Of a stretch of DNA of 39,185 nucleotides, positions 6,976 through 16,206 are shown piece after piece. The notes beneath the pieces are model-generated. The model ran no database searches. It had not been told where the DNA came from and worked only from the letters and a program-made list of their open reading frames with translations. The stretch covers positions 1 to 39,185 of the forward strand of contig JAZRWT010000111.1 of NCBI GenBank assembly GCA_045599845.1, written 5' to 3'. A program made the translations under genes and the position numbers. Source of the DNA: Candidatus Egerieisoma sp. GTDB taxonomy: Bacteria; Bacteroidota; Bacteroidia; Bacteroidales; UBA932. Positions within the stretch are counted from its first letter, which is position 1; the number at the start of each line of letters is the position of its first letter.

Positions 6976-8286
6976 ATGTTCAAAAGAACCATCACCTGCG
7001 TTTGCGCACTGGCAATGCTCGTTTCACTGAGCTCACAGGCGCAGACAAGATACAGCGGATACTACAAAGATCTGCTTATGGACGGAGGTATAAAGCTCAA
7101 CTCTTATCCAGACCTCCCCGCAGCCCACTTTTTAGGCCTCACAATGGACAATCTCACCTCGCCCGATGATGAATTTACATTAAGCGACACTCTGGCTCAA
7201 AACGCCGTTTTCAGCGCATGTGCCGAGGATGAGAACGGATATATACTCTACCCCGATGGAGCTCCGCGTTTCAGGGCGCTTTATTTCAACGGTGGCAAGG
7301 CAACCGCACACGGGAAATCCCTGGGAAAGACAGGGCTTGACAATGTAAGGGCATTCGTGGCAAACGGAGGAAGCTATGTTGGAACCTGCGCAGGAGCTTT
7401 CATCTGCAGCAAGGGCACCGTACGCAACGGAAAATACGAAGATAACGAGCATTATCTTGGAATCTGGCCAGGTTACACAACAGGCACAAGGCTTGAAAAG
7501 AGTGCCACAGGCATGTATGTAGAGAAGAAATCACCACTGTTGAAATACTATGATTTCGGTGGAGACATGATGATTGACAGCGTTCGCCACAATGGTGGCT
7601 GCTATGCGCACGTTGAAGACAATTGCCCGGAAGGAACAGAAGTACTGCTAAGATATCAGGGCGATACATTGAGTCAATTGGCAGAATCAATACACAGGAC
7701 AGTGAGCGGATGGGCTTACAAGGCATCTGACAGGAGCGGCAGGGTAGTGGTCATAGGTTCACACCCGGAAAGGATGACTAACGGAGAGCGTCTGGAGCTT
7801 TTCAGCGCAATGTTGCGTTATGCTATGGACGGAAACGGCAAGGTTTCTGTAAAGAGGGTTCTCAATGCAAATGATACGGTATTCATGACAAAGACCTGCC
7901 GCAATGCTCAGAAAGATGGCAACGATGAATGGAAAAAGAACGCACGCATAGGTGACCGCCAGTTCCATCACTTTGTTGTAAACGTTCCAAAAGGATGCAA
8001 GGAACTTACAATAAATCTGGGTTCACTGAAAGGCTGGGGAGATTTTGACATGTATCTGTTTGCAAACTACGGGGACTTTGCCTGGAATGACAACTCACAG
8101 TACAAGAACGTTGCTAACGGAATAGCCAAAGTGATAAGGATAAACAATCCAAAGGCCGGAAAACTTTTCATTTCTGTTTTCTGCGCAACAACCGTTGAAT
8201 CCGTTCCAGGACGCAACGGTTTTGTTTACACAGGCCGCACCGATGTTCTCAACGGAGTTCCTTATACCATAAGCGTGAATTACTAG
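6976..8286 (+). CDS. secreted BPL_N-like (GATase1 fold) + PPC-like domain protein, paralog 2
   Basis: Start moved to the ATG at 6976 (MFKRTITCVCALAMLVSLSSQAQ is a signal peptide). By-eye alignment gives roughly half identical residues with paralog 1. Shared blocks include YPDGAPRFR.LYFNGG, NGGSY.G.CAGAF, SPLLKY.DFGGD, HNGGCYA, GRVV..GSHPE, NKPKAGKLFISVFCATTV and GRTDVLNGVPY. Confidence 0.6.
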   Translation: MFKRTITCVCALAMLVSLSSQAQTRYSGYYKDLLMDGGIKLNSYPDLPAAHFLGLTMDNLTSPDDEFTLSDTLAQNAVFSACAEDENGYILYPDGAPRFRALYFNGGKATAHGKSLGKTGLDNVRAFVANGGSYVGTCAGAFICSKGTVRNGKYEDNEHYLGIWPGYTTGTRLEKSATGMYVEKKSPLLKYYDFGGDMMIDSVRHNGGCYAHVEDNCPEGTEVLLRYQGDTLSQLAESIHRTVSGWAYKASDRSGRVVVIGSHPERMTNGERLELFSAMLRYAMDGNGKVSVKRVLNANDTVFMTKTCRNAQKDGNDEWKKNARIGDRQFHHFVVNVPKGCKELTINLGSLKGWGDFDMYLFANYGDFAWNDNSQYKNVANGIAKVIRINNPKAGKLFISVFCATTVESVPGRNGFVYTGRTDVLNGVPYTISVNY

Positions 8287-8307
8287 AAATATTTTTGATC
8301 TGTATCT

Positions 8308-8344
8308 AAAAAAGAAGCCGGCCCGAAGGTCGGCTTCTTTTTTA
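8308..8344. terminator. bidirectional rho-independent terminator between convergent paralog 2 and susD
   Basis: AAAAAAGAAGCCG-GCC-CGAA-GGT-CGGCTTCTTTTTT. A perfect 13-bp stem (8308-8320 / 8331-8343) is extended by 3 more pairs around a CGAA loop. An A-run and a T-run flank it. Confidence 0.85.
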
Positions 8345-8356
8345 TACAAGATAAGA

Positions 8357-9979
8357 TTAAATTGCGTGGTTGTAATCCTTCTCTTTCTGAGGAACTACCC
8401 ATGTCTGATTGTTCATATCAGTTGGCTTGATTGTAAGAGCAACAGCTGCAAACCAACTGCCTTTACCTTTATCCTCGCCTGTAGCCTGGATGCTGATACG
8501 ATTGATTGTATCATTCCAACGTTTGATATTGAACCAGTTGAAACCTTCACCCCACAACTCTATCTTGGTGTAGAGTTTGATATGGTCAAGAAGCTCTGAG
8601 TCTGCAACAGTTGAATTGTCATAAGCTACGTCACGTCCTGTATTCTTTGTCATAGTTGTAAGGAGTGATCTTGCTTCTGAATACTTACCCTGCATGCAAG
8701 CAGCCTCTGCAGCATTGAGGTACATTTCTGAAAGTCGCATCAAAGGAACGTCTGTAATAGCTGTACCAACAACCTTGGAATCTTTTGCGAACTTGAACTG
8801 CATGTAAATGTACGGAGTGAAAGTGGTAAGAGGGAAACCGGCGTGTGAGTTAAGGAAATCCACATCCTTTGCATACTGGTATGCAAGGTCAACTGAAGCA
8901 GTTGCTGAAATCTTGCCGGAAGCAGCTGTATAGGAAATCTTCTTTGGAGATTCAGGTGCCTCACCATAGTAAGGATTGTCAGGATCCAGGAACATCTTCT
9001 TTCTGATATCAGTTGCAGGAATTTGAGTGTAAATCTGCTTGCTCATACACTTTGGATATGTACGGCACTGTGAAGCCTGAACATTCCATCCAACGTATGC
9101 TGCAAATGAGTAGTAGTAAAGGTCCTCCTGCTCGTTTCCAACAAGATACCATATCCACTCATTGTTTGCGTGGCAGAAACCTTTCCTGTATTCGTCTGTA
9201 CTCATCAGAGAATATGATTTTCCATTGATTATTGCCATTGACATATCATATGCTTTCTGCCAATCCTGCTTTGCCAGAGCAATACGAGAATAGATTGCGT
9301 AAGCAACGTCAAGACCCATTACATCAGTGCTTGTACGATCGTATGAAGCCTTGTAGCAACTGATTGCCTCATCAAGGTCTGCATAAATCTGATCATAAAG
9401 CTGTGAAAGTGTGCAAAGAGGCATGTCACCTGTTGAGGTGTCGAGACGAAGAACAACAGCCTTTGATTCAGGAGCACCTGAGTCAACCCATCTGCGACCA
9501 TAGAGCTGGCTGAGATAATAGTATGCATATGCCCTGTAAGTCAAAGCCTGAGCTTTGATGAAGTTCAAATCTTTAGGATCATCGTTGATCTTATCCACGT
9601 TTTCAATGATACTGTTGGCATTTCCTATTATCATATAATAAACGTGCCAAGGGTGGTAATCGTATGTTGAAGTAGCACTGTCGTGGTATTTACCGCAGAT
9701 AGTGTTTGTCCAACCTGTAAGATATACTGTGAGCTCGTCACCTGGATACTCGCCGTAGTACAGCATTGTTGTACCCTGGCCGTTCCAACCCTGTGAACTG
9801 AACCACTGTTTGCGCAGAAGTCTGTTCAGACCGTTGATGGCCATCTTCATGTTTTCTGCTGACTCGAATACTGCAGAACCTGAAATACTGCTTGTAGGAG
9901 CTGTATTCAAATAATCCTTTGAACAGCCGCAGAGCAACAGAGCAAAGAGTGATATGAATAATATATATGTTTTTTTCAT
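8357..9979 (-). CDS. susD: RagB/SusD-family nutrient-binding outer-membrane lipoprotein
   Basis: 540 aa with a lipoprotein signal (LFALLLCGCSKDYL). It lies 24 nt downstream of a SusC-type gene, has a TPR-like helical N-terminal half (AQALTYRAYAYYYLSQLYG) and the typical C-terminal WGEG...R motif region (ELWGEGFNWFNIKRW). Confidence 0.9.
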   Translation of the reverse strand: MKKTYILFISLFALLLCGCSKDYLNTAPTSSISGSAVFESAENMKMAINGLNRLLRKQWFSSQGWNGQGTTMLYYGEYPGDELTVYLTGWTNTICGKYHDSATSTYDYHPWHVYYMIIGNANSIIENVDKINDDPKDLNFIKAQALTYRAYAYYYLSQLYGRRWVDSGAPESKAVVLRLDTSTGDMPLCTLSQLYDQIYADLDEAISCYKASYDRTSTDVMGLDVAYAIYSRIALAKQDWQKAYDMSMAIINGKSYSLMSTDEYRKGFCHANNEWIWYLVGNEQEDLYYYSFAAYVGWNVQASQCRTYPKCMSKQIYTQIPATDIRKKMFLDPDNPYYGEAPESPKKISYTAASGKISATASVDLAYQYAKDVDFLNSHAGFPLTTFTPYIYMQFKFAKDSKVVGTAITDVPLMRLSEMYLNAAEAACMQGKYSEARSLLTTMTKNTGRDVAYDNSTVADSELLDHIKLYTKIELWGEGFNWFNIKRWNDTINRISIQATGEDKGKGSWFAAVALTIKPTDMNNQTWVVPQKEKDYNHAI

Positions 9980-10003
9980 AATGTTCTTAGTGTTAAAGGT
10001 TCA

Positions 10004-13000
10004 TTACAATGTTACGTTCAAACCGAATGATATAACCCTTGCTGTATTGAATCCAACGTCGATTGTACCACCCAGACTCTGCTGTGAGTTCATACCTTTC
10101 TTAGCTGTGAAAGTTGCAAGGTTGTCTACAGAAGCATTGAGCTGAATCTTGTTAAGGTTAATCTTGTTCACCCAAGCCTTTGGAAGCTTGTAACTCAAAG
10201 TGAGGTTCTTGATTACAACTGCATCACCGCTGTACTGGAAACGTGTTGATGTAGCGTTGATATCTGAACTGTATGTGTTGTCAACAACAGGGAAACCATT
10301 TGCGCTTATACGGTTTGCAGATGCCTCTGTCATACCAGCAGGAGCTTCTGTCCAAGCCTTGAGCAGATCCTTATGGTATGCATGAGGTGTACCTGAAGCT
10401 GTAACATAAGTCTGATATGTGTAGTCAACAACCTTTGAACCGAACTGGTAGGTAACCAGAGCTGAGAATGAAAGATCCTTCCATGAGAAGTTGGTTGAGA
10501 AACTTCCGAATACCTTTGGAAGTGCTGAACCTGACCAATCCTTCTTTGCATAGGTAGTCTTCATTACATAAGGCTTGCCGTTGATTGTCACAGCATACTC
10601 TTCAGGAACCACGGTTCTCTCATCTTCAGGATTCTCTTCTCCAATGTAATAATCTTCATTGTTGAGTTCATAGAGGCAACGGCCGGTCAACTGGTCAATA
10701 CCAACATACTGGTACATCCAATAATCATATATACCGCCTCCCTCAACATACTTCTTTGTACCGTTTATGATACCTTCAGCTCTGTTCTGTTCAGGCAATG
10801 TGAGAATCTTGTTCTTTATCAAGGTTGCATTCAGACCTACATTCCATCTGATGTTCTTTGACTTATAAACATCAACGTCAACATCGAACTCCCAACCTCT
10901 GTTGGCAACTGAACCAAGGTTCATTGTCTGGGTTGATTCTGCAGAACCTGTAGAGGTACCACCGGCTGAAAGCGGCTGGTATACGTCAAAGAGAAGGTCC
11001 TTGGTGGTCTTGTCGAAATACTCAACGCTTACGTTCAATCTGTCAAGCAGACGGCCTTCGAGAGCAACGCTGAATGAGTTTGCAGACTCCCATACGAGAT
11101 CCGGAGCTTCATTCTGTGTCTTGTAAACACCTGCTGCTCCAGCGTATGTATCCTTGTCATAAAGTGACATGTATGAATAGTAACCTGCTGAAGCATCGTT
11201 ACCAACCTGTCCGTAAGATGCCCTGAGCTTGAGGTTGTCAATCCACTTGATGTCCTTCATGAAGTTCTCCTTGCTGATGATCCAGGTAGCACCTGCTGAC
11301 CAGAAGTTACCCCAGCGGTTGTCTGGATGGAATCTTGATGAACCGTCACGTCTGAATGAAGCCTCAACATAGTACTTGCCATTGTAATCATACTTTGCAC
11401 GGGAGAAGTAACTCTCAAGTTTGTAGAAGTTCTTGTAACCGTCACCGCTGGTTACGTTGTTGAAGTTGTCCAATTCATATTTACCGAAGAATGTCTCATC
11501 TTTCTTGTAAATATACTCATCCTCGTATGTGTAGTTGTAGTTCTCATGTCCGAGAAGAACCTCAACACTATGTTTGCCCCACTCATGATGCCAGTTGAGC
11601 AATTGCTGGAATGTATAATTCTTGTAGTATTCAAGGTCTCTTGAAGCACGTCCGTGGTCACCGTGGCCATCACCGATCATTGAGTTGGAGTATGTACGGT
11701 AGTTGCTGCTTCTGAGGCTGATGTCACCCTTCATTGAGAATGTCAAATCCTTGTAAAGCTTGATATCGGTTGAAACGGTGGCATTGGTTGTCCATCTCTG
11801 TGTTCTCTTGAGATCAAGCTCATTCTCCCAAATGGCGTGACGGGCATTCAACTGTGAACGGCCTCTTACACCACCATTATCGTACTGCTTTTCTCCGTTT
11901 GCATCAAGGATGTATGCTCCTGTTTCAGGATCATGAACATAAACAGGATAGATAGGAGATATGATCTGGCCGAAATACAATGGGTTCACAATTGTTGAAG
12001 TACCTGTTGAGATACCGTTCTTCTCCTGCATTGATGCACCGAGAACCAAACCTGCCTTGAACCATTTGGTAGGATTTACGTTAACGTTAGCACGTGCTGT
12101 CCAACGGTTGAAGTCTGAGTAATCAATCTGACCTTCCTCATTGAGGTAAGCTACAGAGAAGTAATAATTGCTCTTTTCAGATGCACCCTGTGCGCTTACG
12201 TTGTACTCCATACGCTGTCCGTGTCTTTCAATAAGATCATACCAGTCAAGGTCATCATAAAGAGGATTGAGACGCGCGTTGTAATTGAATTTACCATTGG
12301 CATCGAAGAGCTGGTCCTTAGGAACATTGAATATGTTGTAGTCTCCTACATTGCTCCAGAATGAATCCTTCACACTTGCAACTGCTTCCTCTCTTGTTGC
12401 TGATGCGCCGCTTGAGAGCTGACCGTACATCTGGCCGTTGAAATGAACCTGCATCCAGTCTGACGGACCAAGTTTGTCATAATCAGGAATACCTCTTGAG
12501 TAGATACCGTGATTTACTGTAGCGTTTACGGTTACCCTGTCACTCTTACCTCTCTTGGTGGTGATCATGATAACACCGTTTGATGCACGGTTACCGTAAA
12601 GAGCTGCAGAAGTAGCATCCTTCAACACTGTAAGTGACTCGATATCCTGAGGGTTGAGGTCAGAAATGTTACCGCCGAAAGGTACACCGTCTATGATGTA
12701 GAGCGGTGAGTTGCTACCGTTTACGGAACCCACACCTCTGATTCGGATGGTTGCGTCTGAACCAGGCTCTCCGTATGTACTGTTAACCATGACACCGGTA
12801 ACGGTACCTTCAAGAACATTGGTTACACTTGAAATAGGACGCTGTTCTATTGCCTCTGCCCTAACAGTTGCAACAGCACCGGTAACAGACTCTTTCTTGG
12901 CTGTACCGTAAGCAACAACTATGACATCGTCCAATGCCTCTGTTTCAGGAGCAAGAACAACATCAATCTGAGCTTTACCGTTTACAGGAACAATAACAGT

Positions 13001-13240
13001 TGTGTAACCGATAGAGCTTACTACAAGATTTGCGCTCGCCGGAGCGTTAATCTGGAAGTTACCAAGTTCATCAGTGGTGGCAAGGGTCTTTGTGCCTTCA
13101 ACAACTATTGAGGCATAAGGAACAGGCTCACTGCTTGACTGGTCAACAACAGTACCTTTGACTGTAACATTCTGAGCATAAAGAGCAGAACAGAACATTA
13201 CGGATACAAGGCACGCAATGAATAATTTAAAATTCCTCAT
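10004..13240 (-). CDS. susC: SusC/RagA-family TonB-dependent outer-membrane transporter
   Basis: 1078 aa with a signal peptide, a carboxypeptidase-regulatory-like N-terminal domain (VKGTVVDQSSSEPVPYASIVVEG), a TonB box region (DDVIVVAYGT) and a plug (LYGNRASNGVIMITTKRG). The C-terminal beta-barrel ends ...ISFGLNVTL. There is no STN domain, so no sign of ECF sigma/anti-sigma coupling. Confidence 0.95.
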   Translation of the reverse strand: MRNFKLFIACLVSVMFCSALYAQNVTVKGTVVDQSSSEPVPYASIVVEGTKTLATTDELGNFQINAPASANLVVSSIGYTTVIVPVNGKAQIDVVLAPETEALDDVIVVAYGTAKKESVTGAVATVRAEAIEQRPISSVTNVLEGTVTGVMVNSTYGEPGSDATIRIRGVGSVNGSNSPLYIIDGVPFGGNISDLNPQDIESLTVLKDATSAALYGNRASNGVIMITTKRGKSDRVTVNATVNHGIYSRGIPDYDKLGPSDWMQVHFNGQMYGQLSSGASATREEAVASVKDSFWSNVGDYNIFNVPKDQLFDANGKFNYNARLNPLYDDLDWYDLIERHGQRMEYNVSAQGASEKSNYYFSVAYLNEEGQIDYSDFNRWTARANVNVNPTKWFKAGLVLGASMQEKNGISTGTSTIVNPLYFGQIISPIYPVYVHDPETGAYILDANGEKQYDNGGVRGRSQLNARHAIWENELDLKRTQRWTTNATVSTDIKLYKDLTFSMKGDISLRSSNYRTYSNSMIGDGHGDHGRASRDLEYYKNYTFQQLLNWHHEWGKHSVEVLLGHENYNYTYEDEYIYKKDETFFGKYELDNFNNVTSGDGYKNFYKLESYFSRAKYDYNGKYYVEASFRRDGSSRFHPDNRWGNFWSAGATWIISKENFMKDIKWIDNLKLRASYGQVGNDASAGYYSYMSLYDKDTYAGAAGVYKTQNEAPDLVWESANSFSVALEGRLLDRLNVSVEYFDKTTKDLLFDVYQPLSAGGTSTGSAESTQTMNLGSVANRGWEFDVDVDVYKSKNIRWNVGLNATLIKNKILTLPEQNRAEGIINGTKKYVEGGGIYDYWMYQYVGIDQLTGRCLYELNNEDYYIGEENPEDERTVVPEEYAVTINGKPYVMKTTYAKKDWSGSALPKVFGSFSTNFSWKDLSFSALVTYQFGSKVVDYTYQTYVTASGTPHAYHKDLLKAWTEAPAGMTEASANRISANGFPVVDNTYSSDINATSTRFQYSGDAVVIKNLTLSYKLPKAWVNKINLNKIQLNASVDNLATFTAKKGMNSQQSLGGTIDVGFNTARVISFGLNVTL

Positions 13241-13283
13241 AATAAGAGTTTTAAAGGTTATTATTAGGTAAATAGGAAAAAAA

Positions 13284-14069
13284 TTAGTCTTTGAGTTTTG
13301 CTGAAAGGAACTCCCTGTTCAAACGGGCGATGTTTGAAACGGAAATCTTCTTAGGACATTCCATTTCGCAGGCACGGGTGTTTGTGCAGGCTCCGAATCC
13401 GAGCTCGTCCATCTTTGCAACCATTGCCTTTGCCCTGCGGGCAGCCTCGATCTTGCCCTGTGGGAGCAATGCAAGAGTACTTACCCTTGCAGCAACGAAC
13501 AACATTGCAGAACCGTTCTTGCAGGTTGCTGCGCAAGCACCGCAACCAACGCATGAAGAAGCGTCCATGCTCTTGTCTGCATCTTCCTTCCTGATAGGAA
13601 TGGAATTTGCGTCAGGTACTCCGCCTGTGTTCACTGAAATGAATCCACCTGCCTGGAGAATCTTGTCGTATGCCCTTCTGTCAACTACAAGGTCTTTGAT
13701 TATAGGGAAGCCTGCGCTTCTCCAAGGCTCGATTGTAATGGTCTGGCCATCCTTGAACTTGCGCATGTAGAGCTGGCATGTTGTAACTGCGCTCTCAGGA
13801 CCGTGGGCCCTGCCGTTGATATAAAGTGAACAAGCTCCGCAGATACCTTCCCTGCAATCGTGGTCAAAAGATACAGGGCCGCTGTGCTGCTCCTTGCATC
13901 CTTTGCTGAAAGCAACCGGATCAATCTGCTCGTTTATGAGCTGCTCGTTCAAAATATCCATCATCTCAAGGAAAGAAGTACCCTCAGAGATGTTTGTCAC
14001 CTGATATGTTTCAAAGTGACCTTTGCTTTGTGCGTCTTTCTGACGCCATACTTTTAAAGTAAAATTCAT
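13284..14069 (-). CDS. frdB: succinate dehydrogenase / fumarate reductase iron-sulfur subunit (type B, Bacteroides/Bacillus type)
   Basis: 261 aa with the 2Fe-2S motif [10 protein letters not shown] and ferredoxin-type clusters [11 protein letters not shown] and [10 protein letters not shown]. It starts 18 nt after the frdA stop. Confidence 0.9.
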   Translation of the reverse strand: MNFTLKVWRQKDAQSKGHFETYQVTNISEGTSFLEMMDILNEQLINEQIDPVAFSKGCKEQHSGPVSFDHDCREGICGACSLYINGRAHGPESAVTTCQLYMRKFKDGQTITIEPWRSAGFPIIKDLVVDRRAYDKILQAGGFISVNTGGVPDANSIPIRKEDADKSMDASSCVGCGACAATCKNGSAMLFVAARVSTLALLPQGKIEAARRAKAMVAKMDELGFGACTNTRACEMECPKKISVSNIARLNREFLSAKLKD

Positions 14070-14087
14070 AATTGGCTTCTCCCTTAA

Positions 14088-16034
14088 TTAGTCTTTATAA
14101 TTACGTGTTGCAACGTGTGCGAATTCAAATTTAAGAGGCTCCTTGTGAAGTTCAGGTTCAACATCGGCTCCCTTGTACTCCCAAGCCGATACGTACATGT
14201 AGTTTACATCGTCACGCTTGGTTTCGCCTTCTTCTGTCTGCATTTCCTCACGGAAGTGACCTCCGCAGGACTCGTTTCTGCTCAGAGCATCCCTTGCCAT
14301 AAGTTCACCTATCTCAAGGAAGTCAGCAACACGGAGAGCTTTCTCAAGTTCCTGGTTGAATACGTTTGTATCGCCTGCAACATAAACATTGCTCCAGAAT
14401 TCCTTTCTCAAAGCCTGTATGAGTTCTATTGCCTTCTTCAAACCGGCCTCGTTCCTTGCCATACCAACATATTCCCACATGATATGACCCAGTTCCTTAT
14501 GTATTGCATCAACGGTCTTCTTACCCTTTATGCTCATAAGTTTCTCTATCTTGGCCTTTACTGCATTCTCAGCCTCAACGAACTCAGGAGCGTTGATATC
14601 TGTCTTAGGCTCCTTGAATCTGCTTGCCAGATAATCTCCTATAGTATAAGGAAGAATGAAGTATCCGTCTGCAAGACCCTGCATAAGGGCAGAAGCACCA
14701 AGACGGTTTCCACCATGGTCAGAGAAGTTGGCCTCACCTATTGCATACAGACCAGGTATGGTTGTCATAAGGTTGTAATCAACCCAGATACCACCCATTG
14801 TGTAGTGTATTGCAGGATAAATCATCATTGGCTCCTGATGAGGGTCAACATCGTTGATTTCCTTGTACATGTCAAAGAGGTTGCCGTATCTTGCATCAAC
14901 AACATCCTTTCCAAGACGTTTGATGGCATCCTTGAAATCAAGGAATACGGCCTTTCCTGTGTTGTTCACACCATAACCGGCATCACAGCGCTCCTTTGCA
15001 GCACGTGAAGCAACGTCACGTGGTACAAGGTTTCCGAATGCAGGATATCTTCTCTCAAGATAGTAGTCACGGTCTTCATCAGGAATCTGAGAACCTTTTA
15101 TTTCACCAGCCTGAAGTTTCTTTGCATCCTCTATTTTCTTAGGAACCCAGATTCTTCCATCGTTTCTGAGTGACTCGCTCATAAGAGTAAGCTTTGACTG
15201 CTGGTCACCATGGATAGGAATACATGTAGGGTGAATCTGTGCAAAGCAAGGGTTTCCGAAGAAAGCGCCTTTCTTGTAGCACTGCCATGCTGCTGAACCG
15301 TTTGAGTTCATTGCATTTGTAGAAAGGAAATATACGTTTCCGTAACCGCCTGAAGCTATTACAACGGCGTGAGCACCGAAACGCTCTATCTCACCTGTTA
15401 CAAGATTTCTTGCTATTATACCTTTTGCCTCACCGTTAATAAGTACAAGATCAAGCATTTCGTGTCTTGGATAAGATTTCACGCTGCCTTTTGCAATCTG
15501 ACGGTTGAGCGCTGCGTATGCACCGAGAAGAAGCTGCTGTCCGGTTTGACCGCGGGCATAGAATGTACGGCTTACCTGTGCGCCTCCGAATGAACGGTTG
15601 TCAAGCAATCCACCGTAATCCCTTGCAAAAGGAACACCCTGTGCAACGCACTGGTCAATGATATTGTTGCTCACTTCTGCCAGACGGTAAACGTTTCCTT
15701 CCCTGCTTCTGTAGTCTCCACCCTTTATGGTATCATAGAACAGACGATATATGGAGTCATTATCGTTCTGATAGTTCTTTGCTGCATTGATACCTCCCTG
15801 AGCTGCAATTGAATGGGCTCTTCTTGGTGAATCGCTTATACAGAATACTTTAACATTGTAACCGAGTTCTCCAAGTGAAGCTGCTGCAGAAGCACCGCCA
15901 AGACCTGTACCGATTACTATGATTTCCATTTTGCGCTTGTTTGCAGGTGAAACCACCTTTATCTGCGCTTTGTGCTTTGTCCATTTTTCTGACAAAGGAC
16001 CATCCGGAATGTGTGATATTAGTTTATCAGCCAT
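14088..16034 (-). CDS. frdA: succinate dehydrogenase / fumarate reductase flavoprotein subunit
   Basis: 648 aa with an FAD Rossmann motif ([15 protein letters not shown]), a covalent-FAD His region ([14 protein letters not shown]), HYTMGG and the active-site region [10 protein letters not shown]-like [13 protein letters not shown]. Confidence 0.95.
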   Translation of the reverse strand: MADKLISHIPDGPLSEKWTKHKAQIKVVSPANKRKMEIIVIGTGLGGASAAASLGELGYNVKVFCISDSPRRAHSIAAQGGINAAKNYQNDNDSIYRLFYDTIKGGDYRSREGNVYRLAEVSNNIIDQCVAQGVPFARDYGGLLDNRSFGGAQVSRTFYARGQTGQQLLLGAYAALNRQIAKGSVKSYPRHEMLDLVLINGEAKGIIARNLVTGEIERFGAHAVVIASGGYGNVYFLSTNAMNSNGSAAWQCYKKGAFFGNPCFAQIHPTCIPIHGDQQSKLTLMSESLRNDGRIWVPKKIEDAKKLQAGEIKGSQIPDEDRDYYLERRYPAFGNLVPRDVASRAAKERCDAGYGVNNTGKAVFLDFKDAIKRLGKDVVDARYGNLFDMYKEINDVDPHQEPMMIYPAIHYTMGGIWVDYNLMTTIPGLYAIGEANFSDHGGNRLGASALMQGLADGYFILPYTIGDYLASRFKEPKTDINAPEFVEAENAVKAKIEKLMSIKGKKTVDAIHKELGHIMWEYVGMARNEAGLKKAIELIQALRKEFWSNVYVAGDTNVFNQELEKALRVADFLEIGELMARDALSRNESCGGHFREEMQTEEGETKRDDVNYMYVSAWEYKGADVEPELHKEPLKFEFAHVATRNYKD

Positions 16035-16092
16035 TTGTTTATATTTTAAAATACGTATTTATATAGTTTCAATTTTTACTTTTGCCTCCTAC

Positions 16093-16108
16093 TGCATATT
16101 AATATGCA
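16093..16108. promoter_or_regulatory. perfect 16-bp palindrome TGCATATTAATATGCA upstream of frdA (candidate operator)
   Basis: Exact dyad symmetry, 59-74 nt upstream of the frdA ATG (16034), in the divergent frdA / DUF4251 intergenic region. Confidence 0.35.
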
Positions 16109-16174
16109 TACAACAAAGGATTTTACAATTTTAATCAATAATAATCAAATTAGCAATAATTTTGTTTTTTGTGT

Positions 16175-16206
16175 TTTGAACTTGTTCAAAAACTATATTA
16201 ACTTTG
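16175..16206 (+). promoter_or_regulatory. Bacteroides-type promoter: -33 TTTG (16175-16178), 20-nt spacer, -7 TAACTTTG (16199-16206)
   Basis: Both elements match the published Bacteroides consensus (TTTG / TAnnTTTG) with canonical spacing. They lie 46 nt upstream of the ATG at 16253. Confidence 0.55.

Noticed and set aside
14115-15008. 297-aa + strand ORF antisense to frdA, and similar long antisense ORFs in mfd (23529..24050), susC, the S58 gene and the wzc-like gene.
   Set aside because: These are classic shadow ORFs opposite strongly conserved genes. They have no start context, no promoter and low-complexity translations.
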